IMG/VR virus record: IMGVR_UViG_3300032312_001249
Location: 1 to 28,867 of that record
From: a virus
Taxonomy: Duplodnaviria > Caudoviricetes
DNA length: 28,867 bases
Strand: one strand, 5' to 3'
Position 1 is the stretch's first letter. Each line of letters begins with the position of its first letter. Under the pieces are notes generated by a model, which saw only the letters and a list, made by a program, of their open reading frames with translations, made no database searches and had not been told where the DNA came from. This document shows, piece after piece, positions 1-7,603 of the stretch. Both the position numbers and the translations under genes were made by a program.

Positions 1-2
1 AA

Positions 3-938
3 AACATCGAGGCTTGTGCGGTTCTGGATGGTTATCGCGTTGTTTACATTACTCCCGGGGACTTCCGCTACTTTGATTGTCCTGGCTACAACGAAGTCAA
101 GATTGCCTATCCAAGGCAGATGGGCAAGAAGATTGAGGCGGCTGGTGCGGATTATTACCATATCGCCACAGAGGGTCCTGTTGGTCTGTCTGCTAGAAAA
201 TATCTTTCAAAACATCGTTTTAGGTACAATACTGCTTATCATACTAAGTTCCCTGAAGGACTTCGAGCCTTATTTGGTATCCCTGAAGCTCTTACTTGGC
301 CTCTAGTACGCTGGTTCCACAAACACGCAGGCAAGGTATTGACCACTACAGATACTATGGTCAAGGAGTTACGGGCACACGGGTTTGATGGTGATGTTGT
401 TCCTTGGACCCGTGGTGTTGATCGTGATATATTTTATCCTGGTCAACCCGACAACAATAAAAGGCTTACACTAGTGTGTGTTAGTCGAGTAAGTAAAGAA
501 AAGAATTTAGAAAAGTTTTTTGAACTAGATTATCCCGGCGCACATAAGATCATGGTAGGTGATGGTCCTATGCTAGAAGAATACAAGACCAACTATCCCG
601 ATGTAGAATTTGTAGGAGCCAAGCGTGGTGTTGAATTAGGTGATTATTATAGACAAGCAGATGTGTTTGTATTTCCAAGCCGTTGGGAAACATTTGGTCT
701 TGTAATGATTGAAGCCATGGCCTGCGGCACTCCCGTGGCAGCATATCCTTGTCAAGGACCGCTAGATGTCATAGACGAAGGCATCACTGGCTGTATGCGT
801 GATGATTTGGCACAGGCTGTTACTGATGCGTTACTGCTAGATAGAACTAGGGTACAGGAAGGTAGTCAACGCTGGACTTGGGAACATGCTTGGGAAATAT
901 TCAAAACAAATTTAATTGACAAATCGGGTACAAGATAA
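3..938 (+). CDS. GT4 (GT-B fold) glycosyltransferase, 5'-truncated by the window edge; resembles Agt-type glycolipid glycosyltransferases
   Basis: Frame is open from position 3 (NIEACAVLDG...) through the listed Met at 120. Motifs HIATEGPVG, YHTKFPE, VSRVSKEKN, FVFPSRWETFGLVMIEAMACGTPV (GT4 E-x7-E). Confidence 0.9.
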   Translation, partial: NIEACAVLDGYRVVYITPGDFRYFDCPGYNEVKIAYPRQMGKKIEAAGADYYHIATEGPVGLSARKYLSKHRFRYNTAYHTKFPEGLRALFGIPEALTWPLVRWFHKHAGKVLTTTDTMVKELRAHGFDGDVVPWTRGVDRDIFYPGQPDNNKRLTLVCVSRVSKEKNLEKFFELDYPGAHKIMVGDGPMLEEYKTNYPDVEFVGAKRGVELGDYYRQADVFVFPSRWETFGLVMIEAMACGTPVAAYPCQGPLDVIDEGITGCMRDDLAQAVTDALLLDRTRVQEGSQRWTWEHAWEIFKTNLIDKSGTR

Positions 939-971
939 GGTATCGCTGGAATCCGTAACCAGTTATTTTCC

Positions 972-1000
972 TTGATTTAAAAATCTGCCCATGTTAAAAT
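972..1000 (+). promoter_or_regulatory. sigma70-type promoter
   Basis: TTGATT (972-977), 17 nt, TAAAAT (995-1000) with upstream TG; lies before GGGAG RBS and ATG 1020. Confidence 0.55.
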
Positions 1001-1019
1001 ATGTTTTTAGGGAGATTGT

Positions 1020-1433
1020 ATGTTAGAATGTTTAATCATTGGCGATAGCATAGCAGTAGGAACAGCAATGGCTCGCCCTGAATGTGTGAGTTATTCAAAA
1101 GGTGGTTGGAATAGTTGGCAGTGGAATAAAGACTATTTGGCAAAAGCATCTAGCCAATCTGCCAAAACAGTTATTATCAGCCTAGGTGCCAATGACCACA
1201 AAGGTGTTAAGACAGAAGCAGAACTTCGTAAGATGCGTGAAGCAGTCAAAGGCGATCGTGTATTTTGGATTGATCCAGGACAGGATCGTAAACCCGTTCC
1301 ACACGATGCTATTGTTCGCATTGCCAAAGAATACGGAGACATAATTATTCTACGTCCTAAGAATCATATGAGTGCTGATGGTGTTCATCCTACTGGCAAG
1401 GGTTATCGAGAGATTGCAGATCAGACTCGCTAA
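1020..1433 (+). CDS. SGNH/GDSL-family hydrolase
   Basis: Blocks IIGDSIA, SLGAND, DGVHP. Confidence 0.85.
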   Translation: MLECLIIGDSIAVGTAMARPECVSYSKGGWNSWQWNKDYLAKASSQSAKTVIISLGANDHKGVKTEAELRKMREAVKGDRVFWIDPGQDRKPVPHDAIVRIAKEYGDIIILRPKNHMSADGVHPTGKGYREIADQTR

Positions 1434-1549
1434 TTTATGTAGGCGATTTTCATGATTTTCACTATGTTATTTAGAGGTAATTCACCGTATAATGTCCATA
1501 AGTACTAATGCAAGATCGGTACTTAATTTGTTAACAAAGGAGAATTACT

Positions 1550-1621
1550 ATGTGGACAACACCATCAGCAACTGACATGCGTTTTGGATTCGAAATCACA
1601 ATGTACGTGATGAATCGCTAA
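1550..1621 (+). CDS. pqqA: PQQ precursor peptide PqqA (MWTTPSATDMRFGFEITMYVMNR)
   Basis: 23-aa ORF below the ORF-track cutoff. AAAGGAG RBS at 1536-1542. W-x2-P...RFGFE-x3-Y matches the PqqA family, including the Glu/Tyr pair that is cross-linked into PQQ. Followed by its own terminator. Confidence 0.93.
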   Translation: MWTTPSATDMRFGFEITMYVMNR

Positions 1622-1636
1622 TCAAAATGTAAGATC

Positions 1637-1662
1637 AAAAAACCCACTTCGGTGGGTTTTTT
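1637..1662 (+). terminator. Intrinsic terminator (bidirectional shape)
   Basis: AAAAAACCCAC-TTCG-GTGGGTTTTTT, with a UUCG tetraloop. Confidence 0.9.
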
Positions 1663-1663
1663 C

Positions 1664-1691
1664 TTGACTTTATATTTACAGATGCTATACT
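1664..1691 (+). promoter_or_regulatory. sigma70-type promoter, extended -10
   Basis: TTGACT (1664-1669), 16 nt, TGcTATACT (-10 at 1686-1691). Confidence 0.7.
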
Positions 1692-1722
1692 AACTTATCA
1701 GTATTAGATTTGGAGATTTATT

Positions 1723-2103
1723 TTGAGTATGCATTTGGAAGGTCCGTGGCTTAGTACCACTGGCAAGAAAAAAGGTAAAAAGAAATTCGCTTCGGCAGAA
1801 CATGCCCGCAAAGCTAGAGAACAGGCCGAGGCTTGGCAAGATCTCTTAAAGAAGTACGAAGCCAAACCGTTGCCTAAATCAAAGCCTGGCAGTTTGAGTA
1901 GTTCATATACACTTTCAATTCCAGAAGGTCGCAACACCACAGCACATATCAAGAGTGTAGACACCGGTGGGAATGCCACACTCAAACCTGCCAAAGTTTA
2001 TACAGGCACCAAAGTAAAAGGCATTGCTACTATGCACAAGAGTAACGCAGTACCGGTGTTTAGTGATGAAGAAGCAGTAGAAATTTCCAAAATGCGTCGA
2101 TAA
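1723..2103 (+). CDS. Basic hypothetical phage protein
   Basis: GGAG RBS before TTG 1723 (alternative ATG 1729). C-terminal YTGTKVKGIATMHKSNAVPV is a motif I recognise from uncharacterised myophage proteins. Confidence 0.75.
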   Translation: MSMHLEGPWLSTTGKKKGKKKFASAEHARKAREQAEAWQDLLKKYEAKPLPKSKPGSLSSSYTLSIPEGRNTTAHIKSVDTGGNATLKPAKVYTGTKVKGIATMHKSNAVPVFSDEEAVEISKMRR

Positions 2104-2150
2104 TTACCGGTTTTAGTCTATGAATCCAAAATATCGACTATATATTAAAC

Positions 2151-2395
2151 GTTTCGCAAAGAAACTAAGATAGTTGACATGACAGAGATACCATCAACAT
2201 CATGTCCGCGAGTCTTGGCCAATTGGAAACCCGTGAGATTCGGGCGGTCAAGGCTCCAAAGGCACACTGATTATGAGACAGTGCGTCCAATGGAGACAAC
2301 TACACGAACCCAGGGTTCACCATCTGAGCCCCGTGAAGTTTACTCCCTTAATGTAATGTTACAACTTATCGTAACACCAAATGAAAGGAGGACTT
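2151..2395 (+). ncRNA. Candidate structured cis-regulatory RNA / 5' leader of the cell-wall hydrolase gene
   Basis: Multiple stems: 2151-55/2161-65, 2171-76/2297-2302, 2176-82/2200-06, 2210-20/2246-56, 2230-33/2241-44, 2265-69/2279-83, 2313-19/2325-31, 2357-62/2371-76. CTCC 2343-46 can pair with the SD GGAG 2387-90. Confidence 0.6.
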
Positions 2396-2950
2396 ATGGA
2401 AAAGTCAATTAAAGTAGTATCCTATATACTAGGATTAATCGCAGTGGCGTGTCTAGTTACGACCATGACCACTGCTAAGTTTCAACAGCTGAAACAGCAG
2501 AATGGTGTCTACAGCAAAGACGTGGTGTCAATCCAAACACGTGAACGTCAGCTGGATTGTTTGGCCATCAACATTTATCGTGAAGCAGGACACGAGCCTT
2601 TTGAAGGTAAAGTAGCAGTGGCACAGGTAACTATGAACCGTGTGGCAACTGGTCAATTTGGTAAAGATGTCTGCGGAGTTGTTTACCAAAAGAACGTGGT
2701 CATGGAACGAGTCGTATGCCAATTCTCATGGGCCTGCGATTCTGTACATAAAAATCGACCAATCAACAAGGAAGCATACAACGAAAGCTACGAAGTTGCC
2801 AAAAAAGTTCTTTTGGAAGGATTTAGATTATCTATTCTCAAAGATGCTTTGTTTTATCATGCCGTCTATGTCAACCCGAGATGGCAGCTAGATAAAATAG
2901 GTCAAATTGGACAACACATTTTTTACAAACAGAAAGGAACCAAAATATGA
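2396..2950 (+). CDS. Cell wall hydrolase, SleB/Hydrolase_2 family, with N-terminal membrane anchor
   Basis: CLAINIYREAGHEPFEGKVAVAQVTMNRV, VCGVVYQ, CQFSW, ALFYHA, IGQHIFY. AAAGGAGG RBS favours ATG 2396. Confidence 0.9.
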   Translation: MEKSIKVVSYILGLIAVACLVTTMTTAKFQQLKQQNGVYSKDVVSIQTRERQLDCLAINIYREAGHEPFEGKVAVAQVTMNRVATGQFGKDVCGVVYQKNVVMERVVCQFSWACDSVHKNRPINKEAYNESYEVAKKVLLEGFRLSILKDALFYHAVYVNPRWQLDKIGQIGQHIFYKQKGTKI

Positions 2951-3246
2951 TGGACATTAATCAAGTCAAGATCTTTGTTCAAACCAAAATCTCTGTGATC
3001 TCAGCAGAAACATTTGGATGGCTCGCGGCTATTGTTCTACACTCTGCTACTGTGCCTAGCATGTTAGCAGTGATGGCAGGACTCACCGACAGACTTCCTG
3101 GAGTAGATCTAGTAATGCTAGTTTGGACAGGATTAACCTTGTTGTTTATCAAAGCCACGATCCAAAAAGATATGTTGAACATTGTCACTATCGGATTTGG
3201 ATTTATAATCCAAGCTGTGCTAATGGCCCTGATATTCTTTAAGTAA
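2947..3246 (+). CDS. Small membrane protein (about 3 TM)
   Basis: Three hydrophobic segments; ATGA overlap with the hydrolase stop. Confidence 0.75.
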   Translation: MMDINQVKIFVQTKISVISAETFGWLAAIVLHSATVPSMLAVMAGLTDRLPGVDLVMLVWTGLTLLFIKATIQKDMLNIVTIGFGFIIQAVLMALIFFK

Positions 3247-3263
3247 TTTGGTAAACACCGTAG

Positions 3264-3292
3264 TTGACTTTGGTTGGCTACGGTGCTATACT
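3264..3292 (+). promoter_or_regulatory. sigma70-type promoter embedded in an inverted repeat
   Basis: TTGACT (3264-69), 17 nt, TGcTATACT (3287-92); inverted repeat 3256-68/3273-85. Confidence 0.7.
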
Positions 3293-3330
3293 TATAACTG
3301 TAGCAATTCACACACACAGAAAGGCAGTTT

Positions 3331-3810
3331 ATGAAAAAGGCAATTTTAGTAGGCATGTTGGCAGCGGCCATTACTGGCTGTTCATCAATGAAAGATATCC
3401 CAGATCGCAAAACTTACGCACAACCATCTTGGTATCAAGACTGTGCCCAAGAAGGTATCAAAGGTTGGTTCTGGTGGAGAGAAGATATGGTCTATGCTTG
3501 TGGTGCCGGTGAATCAGCATTCGCACAAGCGGCAGAGGAACAAATGGACGCAATCGCCATGAACAACTTTGCCAAACGCATCAACGGTACAGTGAATAGT
3601 GAAACTGTAATTGACATCAAGGACGATAAGAAAACTACCCGTACTTTGATTTCATACAAGGTCACAGACACTGCGATCCGTAAACACGTTAAAACAGAAA
3701 AAGGTCATTTCACAATGAATGGACGTCACTACACTTATGTACGTCTTGAAATGAAGAAATCTGTATTTGAGCAACTCATTAACGAAGCTCAATCTAAGCG
3801 AGCACAATAA
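3331..3810 (+). CDS. Lipoprotein, possibly LPP20-like
   Basis: Signal peptide with lipobox ITGC; P-x-W and GAGES...AA pattern. Confidence 0.7.
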   Translation: MKKAILVGMLAAAITGCSSMKDIPDRKTYAQPSWYQDCAQEGIKGWFWWREDMVYACGAGESAFAQAAEEQMDAIAMNNFAKRINGTVNSETVIDIKDDKKTTRTLISYKVTDTAIRKHVKTEKGHFTMNGRHYTYVRLEMKKSVFEQLINEAQSKRAQ

Positions 3811-4169
3811 TGAACGGATATAAAGTCAAAAACTATCTTTGGCTTTTAATCATCCTGATGATAGTTGTATTATCATTGCTGTCGGGATGTTCTTCATCGC
3901 CAAAGGTCGCTGATAGTAATAATCAATACTGTCACACGTATCAAACTATTAATAAACAAAATGGTGATACCGTTAACAGTAATACTACTATTAAATGTAG
4001 TGATGACATGCTTGGCAAACTAGTTGATGTACGTGCTGGTCTTGCTAAGAACTGTAACTATGCTCAAATTAACATTCGGAGAGGCAATGAATATGTACCC
4101 CGTAAAGTGGTTCTTTGTAAAGACCATGATGGTGACACTCACGTTCTTTTCAGCACCGTCGTTCGCTGA
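3810..4169 (+). CDS. Lipoprotein with four additional Cys
   Basis: Lipobox LSGC; TAATG coupling with the upstream gene. Confidence 0.7.
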   Translation: MNGYKVKNYLWLLIILMIVVLSLLSGCSSSPKVADSNNQYCHTYQTINKQNGDTVNSNTTIKCSDDMLGKLVDVRAGLAKNCNYAQINIRRGNEYVPRKVVLCKDHDGDTHVLFSTVVR

Positions 4170-4497
4170 GCCGCCAAAACTGTTGTATGATTTTTCTATA
4201 GATCAAGCACCAACAATTAGTTTTGGTTGGTTTAAATCATTCAGCAATGAACAGATGATGTACTATTCTGCGGCACAGCTTCATGCTGTTATCTATGCTG
4301 AAGTAGGAGAAAAAGTAAAATGGCAACACGGGGATGCTCACGGTGTTGTTCAAGTATTTGGTGTTGAACCCACTGGTATAGGTTACTGTAAGCACATACT
4401 TACTGTGGTATACGCATTTGGTAAAAAAGAATCCTTAAAACAAGCCGCATGTCACACTTATAGAAATAAAAGTTGGGCATGGCATAACTTAGAATAA
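4093..4497 (+). CDS. Exported protein, possibly 17-kDa surface-antigen-like fold
   Basis: GGAGAGG RBS before ATG 4087/4093; signal peptide ending PSFA; GE-x3-W...G-x-V...YC...AC...W pattern. Confidence 0.55.
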   Translation: MYPVKWFFVKTMMVTLTFFSAPSFAEPPKLLYDFSIDQAPTISFGWFKSFSNEQMMYYSAAQLHAVIYAEVGEKVKWQHGDAHGVVQVFGVEPTGIGYCKHILTVVYAFGKKESLKQAACHTYRNKSWAWHNLE

Positions 4498-4507
4498 ATA
4501 TTAGCTT

Positions 4508-5992
4508 ATGATATTTGCTTCATTACTATTTCTAACAGGAATAACCCTATCCGCAGTAGCTATCTACTATAGCGTCATAGGGTTAACTTCTATTTTTGCT
4601 GCGGCGTTTTGGCCTGTTGTGGTAATGGGGACAACTTTGGAAATTTCCAAATTAGTCGCAGCCAGTTGGTTAAAAGCCTATTGGGAAGACATTCCGAGGT
4701 TTATGAAAATATACATGTCTATAGCGGTAGTGGTCTTGATGATCATTACAAGTATGGGCATCTTTGGTTTCTTATCAAAAGCACACAGTGATCAAAGTTT
4801 AGTATCGGGCGATGTTCAAAGCAAAATTGCCGTATATGATGAAAAGATTAAAACAGCCAAAGACAACATAGAAGCCAATCGCAAAGCTCTTAGACAGATG
4901 GATGAAGCTGTGGACCAAGTCATGGGTCGAAGCAGTGATGAAAAGGGTGCCGAAAAAGCAGTTCAAATCCGACGCAGCCAACAAAAAGAACGTAGTCGTC
5001 TTCAATCTGAAATCGCTGCTGAACAAAAGATCATTGCTCAGATCAATGAAGAACGAGCACCAATTGCCGCAGAAGTTCGCAAAGTTGAAGCTGAAGTTGG
5101 ACCAATAAAATACATTGCTGCCTTGATCTATGGCGATAATCCAGATGCCAATCTATTAGAAAAAGCAGTGACATGGGTCATTTTGATTATCGTGTTTGTA
5201 TTCGATCCCTTGGCAGTATTACTATTGTTAGGCAGTCAAATGACCTACCAATGGTCTCGAAATACCCAGATTAAATCCAAGGAAGATGAAGAAGTAGATG
5301 ATTGGTTTGACAAGGTCAAAGAACGTGCTCGATTCTGGGATAAGAAAGAAGAGTCTGAGCCTGTCGTAGATGACAGCAACACCATCAAGTTTTGGCCTTT
5401 CCCAGTAAGGAATCCCGATCCGGATGCTGCCGTTCGAGCTGCTGAAAATATTGATAACTCTTCAAAATTAAAATTATCGGACATTGTTACTAAAGAAAAG
5501 AACTTTACATTCAAGCAATCGTCCCCTTCAATTGAAGAATCAGCATCTATTATCAACGATGACACTGCTTTAGAGCAGTGGAATAAAATGATAGAAGAAG
5601 CAGAACGTGCTGTCAAAGACGAACAGGATCTCGAGGATTCGCATTATATTGACAGTGCCGATCAATTAGAAAAAGAAGCAATGAAGCGTTGGAAGGAAGC
5701 CAATCCAGAAGACAGCCTAAAACGCCAACGTAAGATGTTTGACTACGGTTCTATTACCGAACTGCCGTGGATGGTCGAGCCTTATTATATCAATGACGAA
5801 CCAACGTCTGAAGAAGTAGCACAAAGTTACAACGAAGTGGCAGCAACACGTGATGTAGATCAAAGAGTCAAACCCGATCTAACTGAAGTTATTGAACCAA
5901 CACAAGGCCTCAAACTCAGCGATCTAAAAAAAAAGGATCTGACCTACCTAGAGAAGATTGGCCAGGATCAGATTCAAAAAACTTTGAAATAA
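4508..5992 (+). CDS. Membrane protein: 3 N-terminal TM, coiled coil, fourth TM, acidic tail (zero-frame product, 494 aa)
   Basis: Hydrophobic N-terminus, heptad-rich middle, VEAEVGPIKYIA and IVFVFDPLAVLLL motifs. Preceded by ATAAATA (4494-4500). Confidence 0.85.
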   Translation: MIFASLLFLTGITLSAVAIYYSVIGLTSIFAAAFWPVVVMGTTLEISKLVAASWLKAYWEDIPRFMKIYMSIAVVVLMIITSMGIFGFLSKAHSDQSLVSGDVQSKIAVYDEKIKTAKDNIEANRKALRQMDEAVDQVMGRSSDEKGAEKAVQIRRSQQKERSRLQSEIAAEQKIIAQINEERAPIAAEVRKVEAEVGPIKYIAALIYGDNPDANLLEKAVTWVILIIVFVFDPLAVLLLLGSQMTYQWSRNTQIKSKEDEEVDDWFDKVKERARFWDKKEESEPVVDDSNTIKFWPFPVRNPDPDAAVRAAENIDNSSKLKLSDIVTKEKNFTFKQSSPSIEESASIINDDTALEQWNKMIEEAERAVKDEQDLEDSHYIDSADQLEKEAMKRWKEANPEDSLKRQRKMFDYGSITELPWMVEPYYINDEPTSEEVAQSYNEVAATRDVDQRVKPDLTEVIEPTQGLKLSDLKKKDLTYLEKIGQDQIQKTLK

Positions 5993-6264
5993 GTTATCAT
6001 CAAAACTCCGAACAGAGCGAATCTACTATTTGGAAAACTCTTAAAAATTACAAAAAAAGCGATCAACGATTTGATCTTATTAATACGTTGTATTCATGTC
6101 TTGCCAAAGATAATATCGATTCATACGAGTTTCCCGAAGTTGACGACGACGAATATACAAGAGTCGTTAGTCTAATAATTCAACTGCGATCTAGACTAAT
6201 AAAACCAGAAGATCTAGATACCGCCGACATAGAAACTATTATAGAAATTTTGAATAAATTATGA
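5929..6264 (+). CDS. Start-less -1 frame extension of the 4508 gene, reached via slippery site A_AAA_AAG (5929-5935)
   Basis: 109 open codons (GSDLPREDWPG...SYHQNSEQSESTIW...EILNKL). No ATG/GTG; first TTG only at about 6088. Its TGA (6262-64) overlaps the next ATG (6261). Confidence 0.65.
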   Translation, partial: KKGSDLPREDWPGSDSKNFEISYHQNSEQSESTIWKTLKNYKKSDQRFDLINTLYSCLAKDNIDSYEFPEVDDDEYTRVVSLIIQLRSRLIKPEDLDTADIETIIEILNKL

Positions 6265-6659
6265 TAGGAAATAAATTAATTCTAGTAACACCCCCAGACG
6301 ATATACCGTCAGACGGACTACGAATTTTATTAGTAGGCATACAACAAGATCGTACTAATCTTATTTCGTCTGCGTTAACACAGTTGCCATCGATACCAAA
6401 TACCGTATTGTATATGTGGCATGCTGACAATGATATCAATTGGCTACTTGATAAAAAAAGAAAAAGCCATTTAATCATTTTTGATGTAGATAATCTACCC
6501 GGAGAAATTGTAGGTTATCTTGCTGCCCAAATCAACAGTTATTATTTTGGGCATATCCGAGAACTTGGCATAATTAACAATAATAGCATACTAGATGTAG
6601 GCCAATGCTATGAACTTTTGGAGAATACTATTACTACCTATGAAAAATCAGTACGATAA
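6261..6659 (+). CDS. Hypothetical protein
   Basis: 132-aa ORF in operon context. Confidence 0.75.
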   Translation: MIGNKLILVTPPDDIPSDGLRILLVGIQQDRTNLISSALTQLPSIPNTVLYMWHADNDINWLLDKKRKSHLIIFDVDNLPGEIVGYLAAQINSYYFGHIRELGIINNNSILDVGQCYELLENTITTYEKSVR

Positions 6660-6885
6660 TAAAATGTGTAAAGGGGCTACTGTATACCCTAAAGAAGGAG
6701 AGCCTATTGAACGTGCTCTCAGAAAATTTAAGAATAAGATCAGCGATTCTAAGCTTCTAGAAACATTAAGAGCCAAAGAATTCTACGAAAAACCAACTAC
6801 AGTACGCAAACGTAAAAAGTCCGCGGCTAAATCTCGCTGGCGTAAAAAACTACAAGCTCAAGAACTACCCAAAAAAATGTATTGA
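6640..6885 (+). CDS. rpsU: Ribosomal protein bS21 (phage-encoded)
   Basis: EPIERALRKFK...LRAKEFYEKPTTVRKRKK..A..R; C-terminal LPKKMY. Start 6640 or 6664. Confidence 0.92.
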   Translation: MKNQYDNKMCKGATVYPKEGEPIERALRKFKNKISDSKLLETLRAKEFYEKPTTVRKRKKSAAKSRWRKKLQAQELPKKMY

Positions 6886-6910
6886 CCTGGCAACATATAT
6901 CTGTTATAAT
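6882..6910 (+). promoter_or_regulatory. sigma70-type promoter
   Basis: TTGACC (6882-87), 17 nt, TGtTATAAT (6905-10). Confidence 0.8.
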
Positions 6911-6939
6911 AGTAGTATGTAAACAATGAAAGAATAATA

Positions 6940-7521
6940 ATGAATACAGATGTAATGATTGACTTGGAAACACTTGATGTACTTCCAAGTGCTACTATTT
7001 TAACAATTGGTGCTGTTAAGTTTGATCCGTTTGGTGCTGAATTATCCGAGCCAGCTATGGAAAAATTCTATATTCGAATTGATGTTGATAGCTGTGACGC
7101 ACTAGGTGCCACAGTCAGTCAAGCAACACTAGACTGGTGGGCAAGCCAAAGTAAAGAAGCACAAGAAGAAGCATTTGATCCCAATAATCGTATTCATATC
7201 ACTGATGCGATGAATCAGTTGTACAAGTTCTGTTGGGGTGCTAAACGAGTATGGAGCCATGGTGCTGGATTTGATGTAATTATTCTAGAACAATATTTCC
7301 GCAAAATTGGCAAAGCAATTCCTTGGAGTTTTTGGGAAGTTCGCGACACCCGTACTATCTTTGATATTGGCATTAACCCAGAACGTCCACCTGTGCTAAA
7401 ACATCATGCCCTTGAAGATGCGTGGAATCAAGCAGTAGGTGTTCAAAATGTGTATAAAAAATTAAGAACTGCTAGCGGCTATGACGGTAAAATGTTTCAG
7501 CCACTGGCCCATCAGAGATAA
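6940..7521 (+). CDS. DEDDh 3'-5' exonuclease (exonuclease VIII N-terminal/Rv2179c-like)
   Basis: MIDLETL, WSHGAGFDVIIL, RDTRT, HHALEDA. Confidence 0.88.
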   Translation: MNTDVMIDLETLDVLPSATILTIGAVKFDPFGAELSEPAMEKFYIRIDVDSCDALGATVSQATLDWWASQSKEAQEEAFDPNNRIHITDAMNQLYKFCWGAKRVWSHGAGFDVIILEQYFRKIGKAIPWSFWEVRDTRTIFDIGINPERPPVLKHHALEDAWNQAVGVQNVYKKLRTASGYDGKMFQPLAHQR

Positions 7522-7526
7522 ATAAT

Positions 7527-7603
7527 TTTATAGAACGCCAATAGGGTTCTATAAAGGGCATGGTGCCCAAAGTTAAAATCTTGCTTATTTAAAAGGAGAT
7601 AAT
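7527..7603 (+). promoter_or_regulatory. ROSE-like RNA thermometer in the dnaK 5' UTR
   Basis: Hairpins 7527-36/7546-55 and 7556-68, then TCTTGCTT (7579-86) pairing with AAGGAGA (7593-99) with a bulged G. Confidence 0.6.

Noticed and set aside
939-965. Small hairpin CTGG-AATCCGTAA-CCAG as a riboswitch (preQ1/SAM-II-like)
   Set aside because: Only a 4-bp stem and lacks the required 3' pairing elements; too weak to call.
2151-2395. Assignment to c-di-GMP, c-di-AMP, TPP, tmRNA or RNase P families
   Set aside because: Conserved core sequences of these families were not recognisable by eye; needs a covariance-model search.
2179-2412. 77-aa ORF as a protein gene
   Set aside because: No RBS, atypical composition, and it coincides with dense RNA stems; treated as RNA structure, though not formally excluded.
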